Assembly (NCBI RefSeq): GCF_009914755.1
Contig: NC_060933.1
Reading direction: 5' to 3' (one strand)
DNA: 64,000 nucleotides
Origin: the human T2T-CHM13v2.0 reference genome, Homo sapiens
Shown: in pieces, positions 42,136-56,076 of the stretch
Layout: the number at the start of each line of letters is the position of its first letter
How positions within the stretch are numbered: position 1 is the first letter of the stretch
The notes under the pieces: generated by a model
What the model was told of the DNA's origin: nothing
Seen by the model: the letters and a program-made list of their open reading frames with translations, nothing else
The model's database searches: none
Position numbers and translations under genes: made by a program

Positions 42136-43614
42136 CCCAGGGTGGGACAATGTACAATGGGAAGAAATTTATGAAGAACACACAACCACGGTGAATCTAC
42201 ACTGATTGAACTGCTCCATCTTTTTGCCCAATGTATGTTCTGGGTGTTTTCAGGATCCTTCTTGTGTGGATTCTCCCTCAGTCCTGTTGATAAGTCACAA
42301 GTGAGTGAGTCGCCAAGCCACATTTTGTCTCCTCTTGGAGGCAGCCCCCAACCCATTCACTAGATAGCGTTCTAGGTCCTTTAGTAGGTTGTATTTTGAG
42401 CCCCTCCTGAAGCTATGCAGGAGGTCCTTGCCCAAGTCCTTCCCTTGGTGGGACTTTGCTGGGTTACTCAAATGAAACATCAGTAGGATGGCAGAACATC
42501 AAATGAATCAGTGGCATCCATGGTTGGGTCAATGTACATGAGAGGTTAAGATCCCAAGAGAATGTGAAGTCAGATAAGGACATAGAGTCCAAGGAAATAT
42601 GGAGTGGATGTGGGAAACAGGTTGCAGAATCTATGTTCTGGGGATAGAAGGGAAAAGGCCAGTGGTGGGCGTGGAAGATGGACCAATGTAGAATCCAGTG
42701 TCAAATGGGGCTCTGAGGGAAGAAAGGCACTCAGTGGCAGTGGTGAACAAAAAGAAAGTCAGAGTATGGCTTGGTCAGAGATAGGGTGGAGACCAGAAGT
42801 AAGAAGGTCAGAGTGAAGGATGCCTCAGTGAAACCCACATGTGACAGGGAGAGAGCAGCATCAGTCTCCAGCTGCCCACACAACAGAATGTCCTCCTCCA
42901 TGGTTGCTCCATCGCATCTTGCAGAGCAAGGATTTTACTGTAACTGCTCTGGAAAGCAACCCTAGAGAGGAGCTTGTGCAAATTCCTCCAGGAGATAAAT
43001 ACAAAGATTATGCAGAAACAGAACAGGTTCAGGCAAGCCTGCCAGGGGTCACATCCTCTGTATCATGATATCCTTCTCTCCCTTGCCCCAAGGCTTGCTC
43101 CCATGTCTCCTTCCCTATGGATTCTCTCTCTCACATCAATGCCAGGCTGTACTGGGTCCCTAGAATTACACAGGGCAAGCTTGGAAGAGAAATACAGGAA
43201 ATAATGTAAAATATTAATTACATTTTTTGTAGAGAAATATTCAGTGCCACCGTGGAGCCTTTCAAGAGAGCTCTTTAGCAGAGAAAGTAGGAGCATGCAT
43301 TATATCAGATGAAGGTAGGAGCAAGGGATCTTGTAGGATGCAGAGTGACAATTTACACTGGAAATAGACTCTTTCAGATGAGACTCTAAAAACCCAAGAA
43401 ACTAAAATCAAAGAATCAATATCAGCAATAGTGAGGCTCACATATGTACAGTGTGTTACCATTTACAAAGTGTTTCCACTCCTTATCCCAGGTGGTTATC
43501 AAACAATCTCATGAGATTTTCAGGCAAGGTGCTCTTCCGGAAAAGGATCCTGAGACTCAGGGAAGTTAAATGACTTATCCAACACACAGAATATCTGCCT
43601 CCAAATACTCATTC

Positions 43615-44000
43615 CATTTGGCTGGTCCACAGTGCCCAGATATTTGGTTAAACATTATTCAGGATGCTTCTATGATAGATTTTTTGGATGAGACTAACAT
43701 TGAAATTGGAGGACTTTGAGTAAAGCAGATTGCCCTTCATAATGGGGATAGCCCTCATTCAGTCAGTTGAAGGCCTGAATATAACAAAAAGCTGACCTTT
43801 CCCAAGCAAGGATTTCTCCAGCAAATTGTATTCAGACTCGAACTGCATTAACTTTCCTCTGAGTCTCCAACCTCCCAGCCCACAGGGCAGATTTGGACTT
43901 GCCAGGCTTCATAGTTGTGTGAGCCAATCCTTTAAATAAACCTCTCTACATAGACACACACACATCCTATTGGCTCCATTTCTCTGGAGAATCTCACACA
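43615..44000 (+). mobile_element. ERVL LTR, MLT2-type
   Basis: GTGCCCAGATATTTGGTTAAACATTATT..GTAAAGCAGATTGCCCTTCATAATG..CAGTTGAAGGCCTGAAT..ATCCTATTGGCTCCATTTCTCTGGAGAA. Confidence 0.8.
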
Positions 44001-45598
44001 CACTGCATCTCATGCCACCACCCAGTAAGCAAACTGTATTGTCCAGATCCACCATTCTTTCATTCTTATGCATGGTCAGAACAAGGAATCCAAGAACTCC
44101 CTGGGTTCTGCTTTACTTCTTATGGACCCGTCTTTTGATGGGTCTGTTTCTGAGAAGGACTTTCTCTAGAAACTGAAATCATCAGAGATTGTGAACGTGG
44201 GTCTTCATGGAATGGAGATTTTAAGGTTAACCCTTGGAAAGCACAGAGTTGAACAGGCAGAACATTAGCTGTTACTATTTAACCTTTGGTCCTTTTCCTG
44301 GCTTGCTGCATTGATGCCGAAAGACAAGAAAAGAATGAAGAATCTTGGACTTAATTCTCACTCCCCTCTCTTTTAGCAAGCTGCAGACATTCATTATTCA
44401 TGAATAATATGCCTTTCTGGATTGCATTAATTAAGATCAATTTTCCTTCCTTGTTATTCATTTTTTAAAGTGCATAAAATAATTTTCTATTGTTCCCACT
44501 CTGGAAAAACTCAAATAACAAAGATTTCCTACATGAGGTTCTCACTTGATATTTCTACAAGCAGTCCTTTGCTGATGAGGGGCACAGACTTTCCAGTCTT
44601 TAAGAACATCTGTGCTCGATTTAACATAATTCTGCTCCCTGAGCAGAGATGGGGTAGCATCTGATCAAAGGCTCACCGTTATTCTCCAGGTCAGCCCTAA
44701 CACATGGAGGATCATCCGAAAGACACCTAAGATGGGAAGGCAGCTGGGGAATGATATTGAGGGACTGCTTTCAAGTGTCCCAAAATCCATTCATAAGCCA
44801 ATCTGACACCCCTGAGTAAGATATTTGGGATCTACCCTACAAACCTTGCCCCACTCAGGTAGATGGTCTGTGGGTTTTGCATCAAAGTCCTGGTCCCTGC
44901 TCTAACTTCCTTCCTGCCCAAATTCTTCCCCTAGAATGTATTAAACAGAGCACAGATGTTCTATTTACTGTATTAATACTATTAATACTAATTATATTAA
45001 ATAGAGCACAGATGTTCAGAAAGTCTGAAGTGTACCCTAATTTTTGCCAATTCTCAGGCATTTATACTCATGAAATCTTCTCCATCTTTTATGCCAGCTT
45101 CTCCACATAATCTATTTTGGCCCTGCATTAACCCAGACACAGACCTCAACCTCCGCTTCAAGCATCATGAAAGCATGTCACTTGCAAAAAAAAAAAAAAA
45201 GCATTAACCAGCAAAGCCGACTTTACTGAAAATCCTACATGGGTGATAAATGGAAAGAGGGTGTATAGCCCATCCCCCTACAGTTTAAATTCCTTTCTAT
45301 GTTATCACTCTCCAACCAAAGTCCTTTTGTACCGCTTTGTCCTTCAGGCTCTCAATTCCTCCTCCTCCACTGAAGCAGTGTCTTGCCCTGCAAGTCCCCC
45401 TCTCCTCTCTCCCAGGTCCTCACACCACCACTACCACAACTACCACAGTATTTCAAACTCTTCTCTCTTTCTTATATAGAGCTTGTCAGCTCTTCAAACT
45501 CCCTACTCCAACCTGGATAGTGAGGTTCATACTGATTTGGAGAGTAAGTGAGGCCTAACTTTTTAAGACAGCAGTGGGAGCCACATAGAACCATATTC

Positions 45599-45604
45599 GT
45601 GTGT

Positions 45605-45647
<43 letters not shown>
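45599..45647. repeat. (TG)n microsatellite
   Basis: Direct read. Confidence 0.95.
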
Positions 45648-45648
<1 letters not shown>

Positions 45649-46078
45649 TTTGAGTCACATCTGTAGGTTACATCTTCGGATGTAAATTAGGAAAAAACTT
45701 TCCTAATTTTTCCCATCTACTTGGTAACTTTGCTACAAAATCCTTTCAATACTTATTAAAAATAATTAATGGACTCATGTATATCCTGGTGTATATATTT
45801 GTCTGTTTTATCTACCCATGTTAGCCAAACATTTAAGAGATTCATAATGTATTTTTGGCCTAATTATTAAGATTTTAAGCTGGTGAATACACGCACTGCA
45901 TCATTTCTGTACTTTGATTTCTTCAATTCCTCTGCTGGTGCTAATGTATCACCTTGCTCAGAACTGCCAAATCTTTCCCATCCATGGGATGAGGCTTCAC
46001 CAGAGTTGGCAGCTCCTCTCTTTCACAAATTCCTTTGGCACCAATAGCTTCTCCTGAGTTGCTAACCTCAAAGGGCTA

Positions 46079-46425
46079 TGTCTTACTTCATTTGGGCTGC
46101 CATAACAAAATGATATAAACTGGGGAGCTCCTAGACAACAGAAATATATTTCTCGCAGCGCTGGAGGCTGGAAAGTCCAAGATTAAGGTGCCAGCAGATT
46201 TGGTGTCTGGTAGGGCCCACTTCCCCATAGATGGCGCCTTTTTGCAACGTCTCACATGCTGGAAGGGACAAGGCTGCTCTTGGGCTTCAACAAGGGCACT
46301 AATCCTGTTCATGAGTGTGCTTCCCTCATGACCTGATCCCCTCCCAAAGGCCCCACCTCCTGATACTATCATCTGAGAATTTCAATGTACAAATTTGGGG
46401 GGACATAAGCATTCGAACCATAGCA
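46079..46425 (-). mobile_element. ERVL-MaLR solo LTR, MLT1A/MST-like
   Basis: TGTCTTAC..GGGCTGCCATAACAAAA..GGAGGCTGGAAAGTCCAAGAT..GGACATAAGCATTCGAACCATAGCA. Confidence 0.8.
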
Positions 46426-46559
46426 AGCTTACACGTCAGTCTCTGCCACACCCTTATCTATCCTCTCTTTAATGAAAGTTGCATTTCTGACAGAAAAGTC
46501 CCTGTGCACACCTTAGCATGGCTGGCATTGAATCTAAAGGCCAAAGGACTCTCATATCT

Positions 46560-47460
<901 letters not shown>

Positions 47461-48339
47461 ATTCTATGTAATGGCCCGTCAGTCAGTCCCACTGAGTCTT
47501 TACTCCCTTTGAGATGGACAAAGCTTAGGCCCACAGCTATCACCATCATACCCAACTCTCCAAAGTGAGCAATTCCAGCTTTTAGACAGTCGTATTAGGT
47601 TCTGTCTCAGGCAAAAATACTGAGATCTTCTATTAAAATTGTATTTTTAATATTGTCAATAAAGGTTTTAAAATATATTGGAAAAAAGAAAAAAGAGTAA
47701 ATGAAATAAAAATAAACACTACATATAAAGATATAAAAATAAAAAGAATCACGTTTGCATCATAATTTGAGACTCTTGCCTTGTTACATACCAGCTGCGT
47801 GACTTGGGAAATGTCATTTTACCTGTTTGTTTTTCAGTTTCTGTATATGGAATGTGGAGCTAAAAATCCCCAGTCACATGACAAATGGTAAATATAATTA
47901 AGAACATAAATAGAATCAGTAGAAGCTTACCTGGGCTTGAAATTTCTTTTTGCAGATGATCGTAATTATTATGGGGGGATCAGGTACAGCACCTAGCCTA
48001 ATAATCTGTGGGACACAGTCCTACAAGCCTAGAGATGATAGGCTTGTCATCTTCCTGCCAAGATGTAGCACTTCAGTCTTCTTGTTTTTACGCGTTAATA
48101 GCACTACCCCACAGAGCTAATCTGCTGAAGACCAACTCCAAGACAAACCCCACCCCATTTCAGCCTTTTCAACACAATCCTTTCAGGCCACACTTTTGTC
48201 CACCTCTGAGTCCCCCTTTCTAATGCTGGGTTCACCGATTTCACCTAATTTCTATTTCTCTTCAAAGGTTTTCTATGTTGGGATAAACCTGCCCTTGCCC
48301 CATATTTGCTTTACCATGCATTAGAAAACCAATTTATAC

Positions 48340-48644
48340 TTATTACTTATTTATTGAGATGGAGTCTCGCCTCTCGCTCTGTCTGCCAGGCTGGAGTGCA
48401 GTGGCAAGATATTGGCTCACTGTAACCTCGGCTCCGCCTCCTGGGTTCAAACGATTCTCCTGCCTCAGCCTCCCAAGTCGCTGGGATGACAGGCACGTGC
48501 CACCATGCCTGGCTAATTTTTGTATTTTTTAGTAGAGAAGGAGTTTCACCATGTTAGCCAGGCTAGTCTCAAACTCTTGACCTTGGGTGATCTGCCCACC
48601 TCGGCCTTCCAAAATGCTGGGATTACAGGTGTGAACACCCAGCC
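48340..48644 (-). mobile_element. Alu (AluS-type)
   Basis: Antisense dimer with small internal duplications. Confidence 0.88.
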
Positions 48645-51600
48645 ATTGCTGTCCTTTCTAATAGAAAAATTTTGTTGCCAGCCTCCTTCAACATAGAAAC
48701 AAATCCTCGGGTGGAGACATCCAATTCCTCTGTACTTTGTTCATCAGTTTAATTATCTGGAGAGAAGGCTGTGCTTGCATGAAGGGTTTGACCTGCATTT
48801 GGAAATTGCAACCTGCCATCTCTGGGATGAAGGGTGTACTTCACCAGAGTCTTGATTGAGGCAATGGAAATTTCCAGTTGGAAAACTTAAGACAATGAAA
48901 CATGAGGCTCTATCCTACAGTCCAGTGCTAAATCATACAAAATGACTTTATGTTTGAAAAGAATACAAAGGTTTTGACACATGGCATATGTAGTTGCAAG
49001 CACATATCAAAATATACACGTTTTTAGAGAATTATTTTAAGCAATTTTTTTAGGCTCAAATCCAATTTTTTCCAGGTGTTACTTTTAAGAAATCATTCTT
49101 AAAATGATTATTATTCATTTTAGGGGACACTGTTTCAGACCTGGTGTTTTAGGGCTTTTGTATAATAAAATAACATTTGAGGAACAAGAAAATTTTTTCA
49201 ACTCATCACATAACTGAAAAACGATAATCAATATTTCTGCTGTCTAACTCCCTTTTCCCAGAGAAAATAATTAATGACCTTTATTTCCAGGATATCAGAT
49301 AAGGGATTTCAAGAATGGAATACAGGAATTACAAAAATGTGTATCAGGCCCAAGAAACTAAGGAGGAAATGGGTTTAACTCCCTATTTTTTATAATAAGA
49401 AACAGAGGTCCACGGAAGATTTACCCAGGACTACTCAGCTCGTGACAGCACATCCAGGTCTTCCTTGGTCTCCGCGCTCTGGATGCTGTCCTATTCCATG
49501 GTCCTGCACATGCCACCAACTCTGCAGCCTTTTCCTCAATATCTCTTCTCCTCTTCAAGGCCTCTTCAAGGCTTTCTAGACAGGCTGCTTCAGATAACAC
49601 CCTGAAACTGTTCTTATTTCTATTCTAGGTGTCTTCTCACTGCTATATGAAGATTCCTCTCAACTCTAATGGAAAATGCCATTCTTGTTCACTGAAATGC
49701 AATTTGATACCATTTGCATCTAGGGGCTCTTCCTTTCTTTCTTTTCTTTTATCTCCATTTATACAACATTTATTGAACATCTCTGGGTGAGAAGAACTAT
49801 GATAGGTGCTGAGGATATAAAGAAGAGTGAGACAAATCTCCTGCCAGAAAGAACTCAGTCTTCCTTCTGCTGTCATGACAGAGGACATAACCCATCTACC
49901 AGCTTGCATTCTTTTGGTTCTTATTCTTTTCTGTTGGACATGGACATGATCTAGCTAATATTAGATGATATTTGTTTACATGAGTTCTATTATGTCTGCC
50001 CATCCATCCATCAGTCCATGCATCTATTTATCTCAACAGCTTGAGGATACCATTCTGCTCCCTAGCGTGTCAACTTGCCTGATTTATTAGTTAGCCTAGC
50101 ATAGGCATGTTTAGTTATAATACCGTTTCTCACAATGAATGGTTTTTTTTCCATAGGGTAAATCGTTCTGAGTTATGTAAAATGAGAATCTGACAAACAG
50201 TGTCCCCTCAGGGATGAGGTACTTCCTCCGTTATTTTGTAAAGCTGTAAAATGACATTTAAAGACAGTACCATACAATCAAATCTTCCCAAAACACCAGA
50301 AAGGAATTAGTAAACTTCTAAAACTTGAGTCTTCTTGTTCTTAATGGTTAGTCTCTTAATTAACAGCTTAGAGATCCCACCTGCTGTCAAAATAATTGTG
50401 CCATCTTCTCACTTAATTTTAATGTGACCTCAAAGGACTACTAGTTTTTTTCTCTCTCTCTTAGAGATTTGTTTTACTTTCTACCAGTCTTTTCTCAGAG
50501 ATTATTTCAATACACATTTTAACTCAAGAGGAGCTGAAATGAAGGCGTGTTTTAGTTTTTAAAATACAGGAGCCTCTTTGACAGGGAGGGGATCTGAAAC
50601 AAAATAAAGGGAGCAGCCTTATTAAAACTTGGAGCTGTGCTTGAACACATCCTAAAATGATTAAATTGTGTGTTTTGGTTAAAAATTATAAGTTGGGTAG
50701 CTTAAAGCCACTCCCATTGACTAATAAAATGGAAAATATTGGGGTAGCCCAGATACTAGTTTTCTGTGAGCTGCTTCTTTATGAATTGCAATGTGAAATG
50801 TTCAGTACAAGTGGCAGTAAACAAAAGTAAGATTAAAAAATGCCTGAAGGATACGTGAGTCACAATAATTATGGAGTCGATTTCTGCCTCCTGATAAAGA
50901 CTACTAATAAATTCTAAGTATATTAACTGTAGCTACTGATACAGTAATAAATATTGACGTACAACAAAATTCAGAATCTTTTTTTTCCAGCCTGAATCTT
51001 CAGCCTAGCCTGGCAGCTATACATTACTCAGAATTTAATGAAGGGAAATTTCTTTATGTTTTTAGATTAAACAACAACAGAAAACTCTATGTCTATCTAA
51101 TAATAATATATTACAGTTTATATGAGATGTAAATAAGGCATTGCAGTTACAATGAATTATTAGGGACCCAAGATTTTTTATAATACTAAGTCCTCAAAAA
51201 GGTCAAATAATCTGTCCCTCTAAAAGAATCACTATATCATAACAACAAAAAAAGCAAAGGAGTTTGCTTGACTTCTTGGTGTTTCATGTAAGCCACAGAA
51301 ATTAAGAATGCGCATCCACTTTTCTTCAAAAAATGATAATAATAATAATAAAAGCCTTTTATTTCCATCTGTTGATGTACATCCCTGCTCTTTGCTTTTC
51401 TCCCCAAAGTAGCTCCATTTGGGAAACCTTATGAGAAAGCAAGCTCTTTATAATTGGCTTTGCTTTTTCCTATATGTCAAAAATCTAGAAAGTGGTATGT
51501 AATAAAACGATCCCCAGTCTAGAAACTGGACAACCTGACCCCTAGTTAAATTCCTGCCTTGGGTTCGCTGTGAGACCCTGGGAAATTCATTTACTATGTT

Positions 51601-52197
51601 TGTACTTCTATATTTTCATTTAGGAAATGAGAATATTGACCTGGATAACCTGTACAATCTTTGCTGGTACAACTGTATGATGTAAAATATGACTTTGTAA
51701 GCTCTAACTTTGCACCTTTAAGAATGTTGCATTTGAATCCATTATATCTTTGAATTTTTTTACGTTTGAATTATTTTCTGTGTGACTTCCCTGAGAACAC
51801 TAGCAATGGAGTAACATGTGCTCTAGCTAAATGAACTAGGTTTTCATTTGATCTTAGTAGTTAACCCAGTACAAAAAAGAAAGTTTGAAAGTCCATTTAC
51901 AGACACCAGTCACTCTTTCTTCCATTCATCCTGAAATATGCCTGGCCATTTTTCTTTAACCTGGTTTTTATTTCAGTACTCTTCTCCATCCTATCTTCCC
52001 ATTGCCCCTGTTCCTGCCTGGCTGAGGAGCCCCACACTGAGCCATCTTCTACTGATCAGCTCACACACCTTGTTTCACGACATGTTCCCACTGCTCTAAG
52101 AAATGAGTTGCTTTTCCCTACTGCTGCTCATGTCTTTCCCACCGCCATGCCTTCACTTCTATTACTGTCCACTTTTCTCATCTTCATCCATCTACAG

Positions 52198-52398
52198 TAA
52201 TACTGTCCAACAGAGTTTTCGGCAAAGATGGAAATGTTCTGTGTTTTCCAACATGTCAACCATTAGCCACATGTGACTAGTGAGCACTAGAAATGGGGCT
52301 AGGTGGCTGAGAACCTGAATTCTCATTTCATTTAATTTTCACTGATTTAAATTTAAATAGCCACATGTGGCTAGTGGCTAATATATTGGACAGTGCAG
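52198..52398 (+). mobile_element. hAT-Charlie MITE MER3
   Basis: CTGTCCAACAG..GATGGAAATGTTCT..TAGCCACATGTGGCTAGTGGCTA..ATTGGACAGTGCAG followed by a CTCTAGAT target-like site. Confidence 0.85.
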
Positions 52399-52449
52399 CT
52401 CTAGATGATATCATCATTAGATGACTAGTTCAAAACCCACTCTTTACAG

Positions 52450-52615
52450 GATAGGGCTCATTAAAATCACCTCAAGAACTTTAAAAAAAGAGAGAAGCCC
52501 CCAGTTTCATTTGCAGATTTTCTAATAGAATTGGTCTGCCGTGAGACCTGGCAATGAATATTTGTAAAAGGTTTCCCAAATGATTCTAACGTGTAGCCAG
52601 AGTTGATAACGATTG
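52450..52615. mobile_element. hAT-Charlie MITE, MER5-like
   Basis: CATTAAAATCACCT..CCCAAATGATTCTAACGTGTAGCCAGAGTTGATAACGATTG. Confidence 0.65.
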
Positions 52616-54689
52616 TTCCAGAAAACATGTCAGGCTTCCCATTTCTCAATACTTGCTTGATACTTCTGAACCTCTGCACAATAGTCTGAATCATTGTATC
52701 TAGCATGTCCTTTTACTACTAGCTTCAGTTTTCTTCATCAAATTGTAAACACCTTTTCTTGTTTTGTTCACCGACATGACATGTCCTGAATAAGTTTTTA
52801 GTGGCTGAACTTCTTTCACTTATTGTACATATTCTTGAGTTGAAAACTATTCATGTCTTTGGATTTGATAAATCCTAAATGAGGTTAGGCTTGTGTGGTT
52901 TTCTATTCTGTCTTTAAAACATCACTATTGGTTGTAATTAGTCTATTAATGAAAGATGTCTATGCTAGGCTGTAAGTTCCAGGAGAGCAAGCGCCATCCC
53001 TGTTCACAATTGTATCCCTAGTACCTAATCTGACACATAGAGGAATTGAATGACTTATTGTCTAACAAATACTTTAATGAAAGAAGTACTTGAATAGATG
53101 CACTTAAGGTAACACCCGTGTATTGCCTTGTTGATGAAAAGTGAGCACACTTTCAAAAGATCAAAATACAGACCATCTGCATCTTGAGGTCGTATGCATG
53201 TTTGTGCATGTGCGTGATATGTGTGTGTGCATGCATGAGTGTCTGTGTGTGTGCATGGATGTTTTGTGTGTATGTTTGAGATACATGATTATTATGAGCA
53301 TCCTTAAGAGGATCCAAAACTTGCTGAGTATTCCAAAGGATCTCTCAGCACCTCTTGGTTCTGCACAGCTGGTAGCTCTGCTCTCCCTAGCTATAGTCCT
53401 GGGAAATATGGTATTAATACTGAGTGAACAGATGGTGTAGGGTGTGTTACTTAAGACAGTTTTGCCAGGAGGTAAATTTATGCTTTATAAATGTACTTCA
53501 AAACTATGCTATTTGATTTAATCACTTAATGCAAAGACAGCTGCATACTATATTTGCCTTAACTGCAGTTATATGGGTTATCTGCCAATCTGTTAATTAT
53601 AGTATTTTGAAAGACTTCAGGAAAAAAACAGTAATTATACAGATTGGGGGTGGAGGGGAGGAACATTTCTGAAGCCTAAATTCAGACATTCATTCCCAGC
53701 TAACACAAACTTATTGAAGACTTAGAAAACCTGTTAAGAAAGTGGGAGTAGATATGATGGTTTTCCTTTGAAAGGGACTTACGTGTGTGTTCTCACTTTG
53801 CGTCAGTTATCCTGGATAGTAACTGCCAGAGAGATGGGAGTTGAGTGATATTTCAACAGGACAGAACTCCAATCTACTCACACTAAGGCCTTTCAGCAAC
53901 TGCTCAAGCCCTTAAAATTAAAAGAAATGAAAGGAGGAGGTTCAAACATGCCCTTGACTTTTTTCTACTTTCCCATAACCTGCTTGTTCCCTGAGTCCTC
54001 TGTACTTAAATTTTCTCTGCAAAGCTGTTGCAGCAATGATTAAGCATGTTTAATTAATACACTATCAGAGAAAGGGAATATTTTAAGCTTAGTCTGACAG
54101 CTTCCTTTACTTGCCAAGGACTAAATGTCACAAACTTGTAGGAAAAGTCTGGCCCATTTCCCCTATCCCCTGGGAATTCATGTTAAATGAATTTCATTGT
54201 CATTTTGAGAACAAGATTTCCTGTCTGTGGGCAGTCCCAGGATTAAAGTGTTGAATGGGATCCAGGTGGTAAATCAAAGAATTCTGGAAAGAACGTTAAA
54301 GACTATTTGGTCAAAGTCTCTCATTTGACAGGTGAAGAAACTGAGGATGCAAATCCTTAAATGATTTGCCTTCTGAAACCAGTTAAGGAAACAGAGTGAC
54401 TTTCACAAGGCACCCTTTTCCATCAGTATAGGCATTTTTCACATGCATCCCACTGCCGACTATGAAGAGATAGAAAATAAACGGAGGGATCAAAGAGTTT
54501 ATTTTCTTGTGCTAGTTCAATACATGACTGAGTGGAGCTACATCTAGGCAAAATGAGAAGACAGTCATAATAGTAATAGCTCTTCTCATTGATTTCCCAT
54601 GGCCTCCACATTCCACAGCAGCCAGGGCCATCCACTTTGAGAACAGTGCCCATGGGGTGGAGCATCGCAGCCTGAGAGGTCATCAGCTG

Positions 54690-55050
54690 CCTACTATGTG
54701 CTAGCCAATGTATTGTGTACTTTCCCAACATCATCTCAATTACAATATCTAGAAACCTACAATTCAAACATTATTTCATGCATTTCAGAGAGGAAAACTA
54801 GCTTTCAGAGTGTCGATGATTTTACACAAAAAAAGGAAGAGAAAGGAATCAAAGACTCTCACTACAGAAAATCACCAAACAGCAAAGGTAGACAACAGGA
54901 CAGGAAGAAAGGAAAAAAAGATCTCCCTACGGTAACCAGAAAGCAAAAAATTACAGCAGATGCAGAGGTTGAGTAATTTGCTTCAAGCCACACAGGTAAT
55001 TTCTAATGGAGTTCCATATTTAGACTTGGACTTACAGATTCAGAAGGTGT
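54690..55050. mobile_element. MIR interrupted by a short L1M fragment (~54820-54960)
   Basis: CCTACTATGTGCTAG..CAGAGAGGAAAACTAGCTTTCAGAG | AAAGGAATCAAAG..ACTACAGAAAATCACCAAAC | GAGGTTGAGTAATTTGCTTCAAGCCACACAG. Confidence 0.5.
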
Positions 55051-55854
55051 TGCCTTCCCAAGAAAATATTTTTTTCTTAATATCTTTTTTCCAAAACTGG
55101 CTAAAAATACTTCTTCCAATCCTCTGAGGTCCTATTACTGAGCCTGTTCAGTACCATCTTGCAGCCTGTTACTCCTAGGTTATCCTCTGCACAGCAGTCC
55201 ATCTGATGGATATCTCATCTTCATGGATAGGCTCTATGGAATGTTCAACAAACCTCAACTGATAACCTGATATGTGCTTAAACCAGGTCATCAAAGCAGC
55301 CACATAGGTCCCAACTCTTTCTCTGCAGGAAGCACCCATTTTGAGAATATCCTGGTCATGTTGATATGAAGCTGCTTATCTGACCAGAAGAGTCATTAAT
55401 TTCTTCTTGTGTTAGGCAGAAAGAGAGAATAATGCCAAAGTTGCCAAATGGAGGAAGAATTGGAGGGTCAGGTTTGGCTTTTGGTACCTCTCAAATCGTA
55501 CTTAAGTGACTGCCCTACTTAACTATGGAGGAGTGTGAAGGGACTTACAAGTGGTCCCTAGGATTTCCATTTCCTTAAGGACATTTAGATCAAAATTAGG
55601 ACAATGGTCATCACTTTGAGCCTTTGGATCTCTGCTTTGGGCCTTTTTTATAGAACAGAGGCAGATGTTTTATTAAATTTCTTAAATGCGTGCCTATGTG
55701 TGATTTCAATTTTCATGTTTTGTGGCAGCATTTTTGATCATATTCCTTGGCTGCTATCTATTTTCTCTGTTCCTTTTCTGACTTTTTAAATATCTCTAAT
55801 TAAATATATATAATATATATATAAACCTTATATATAATATATAATAAACTTTAG

Positions 55855-56000
55855 TTAACTAGTAGAGGATAAACCTGCTTCTGCTTCACTCAAAGATAAC
55901 TTTATATATATGTATATATGGTTTATATATTACATAATTTGCATCAGTTATCCTGGGTAATAACTGCCGGAGAGATGGGAGTATATATATATGTGTGTGT

Positions 56001-56041
<41 letters not shown>

Positions 56042-56076
56042 CTTTGAGTGAAGCAGGTTTATCCTCTACTAGTTAA
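55855..56076. repeat. Inverted repeat (43/37-bp arms) enclosing TA-rich DNA, a 45-bp copy of 53797-53841 and (AGAT)9
   Basis: Left arm TTAACTAGTAGAGGATAAACCTGCTTC[TGCTTC]ACTCAAAGAT (55855-55897); right arm 56040-56076 is its exact reverse complement apart from the 6-bp duplication. Confidence 0.92.
56003..56038. repeat. (AGAT)9 tetranucleotide STR
   Basis: Direct read. Confidence 0.95.

Noticed and set aside
41919-43204. Cluster of 60-145-aa ORFs
   Set aside because: Slightly GC-richer, probably ancient ERVL-derived DNA; no recognisable protein.
46224-46240. CTCF-like CCCATAGATGGCGCC inside a MaLR LTR
   Set aside because: Only a partial consensus match, in a segment that resembles ordinary LTR sequence; unsupported without PWM or ChIP data.
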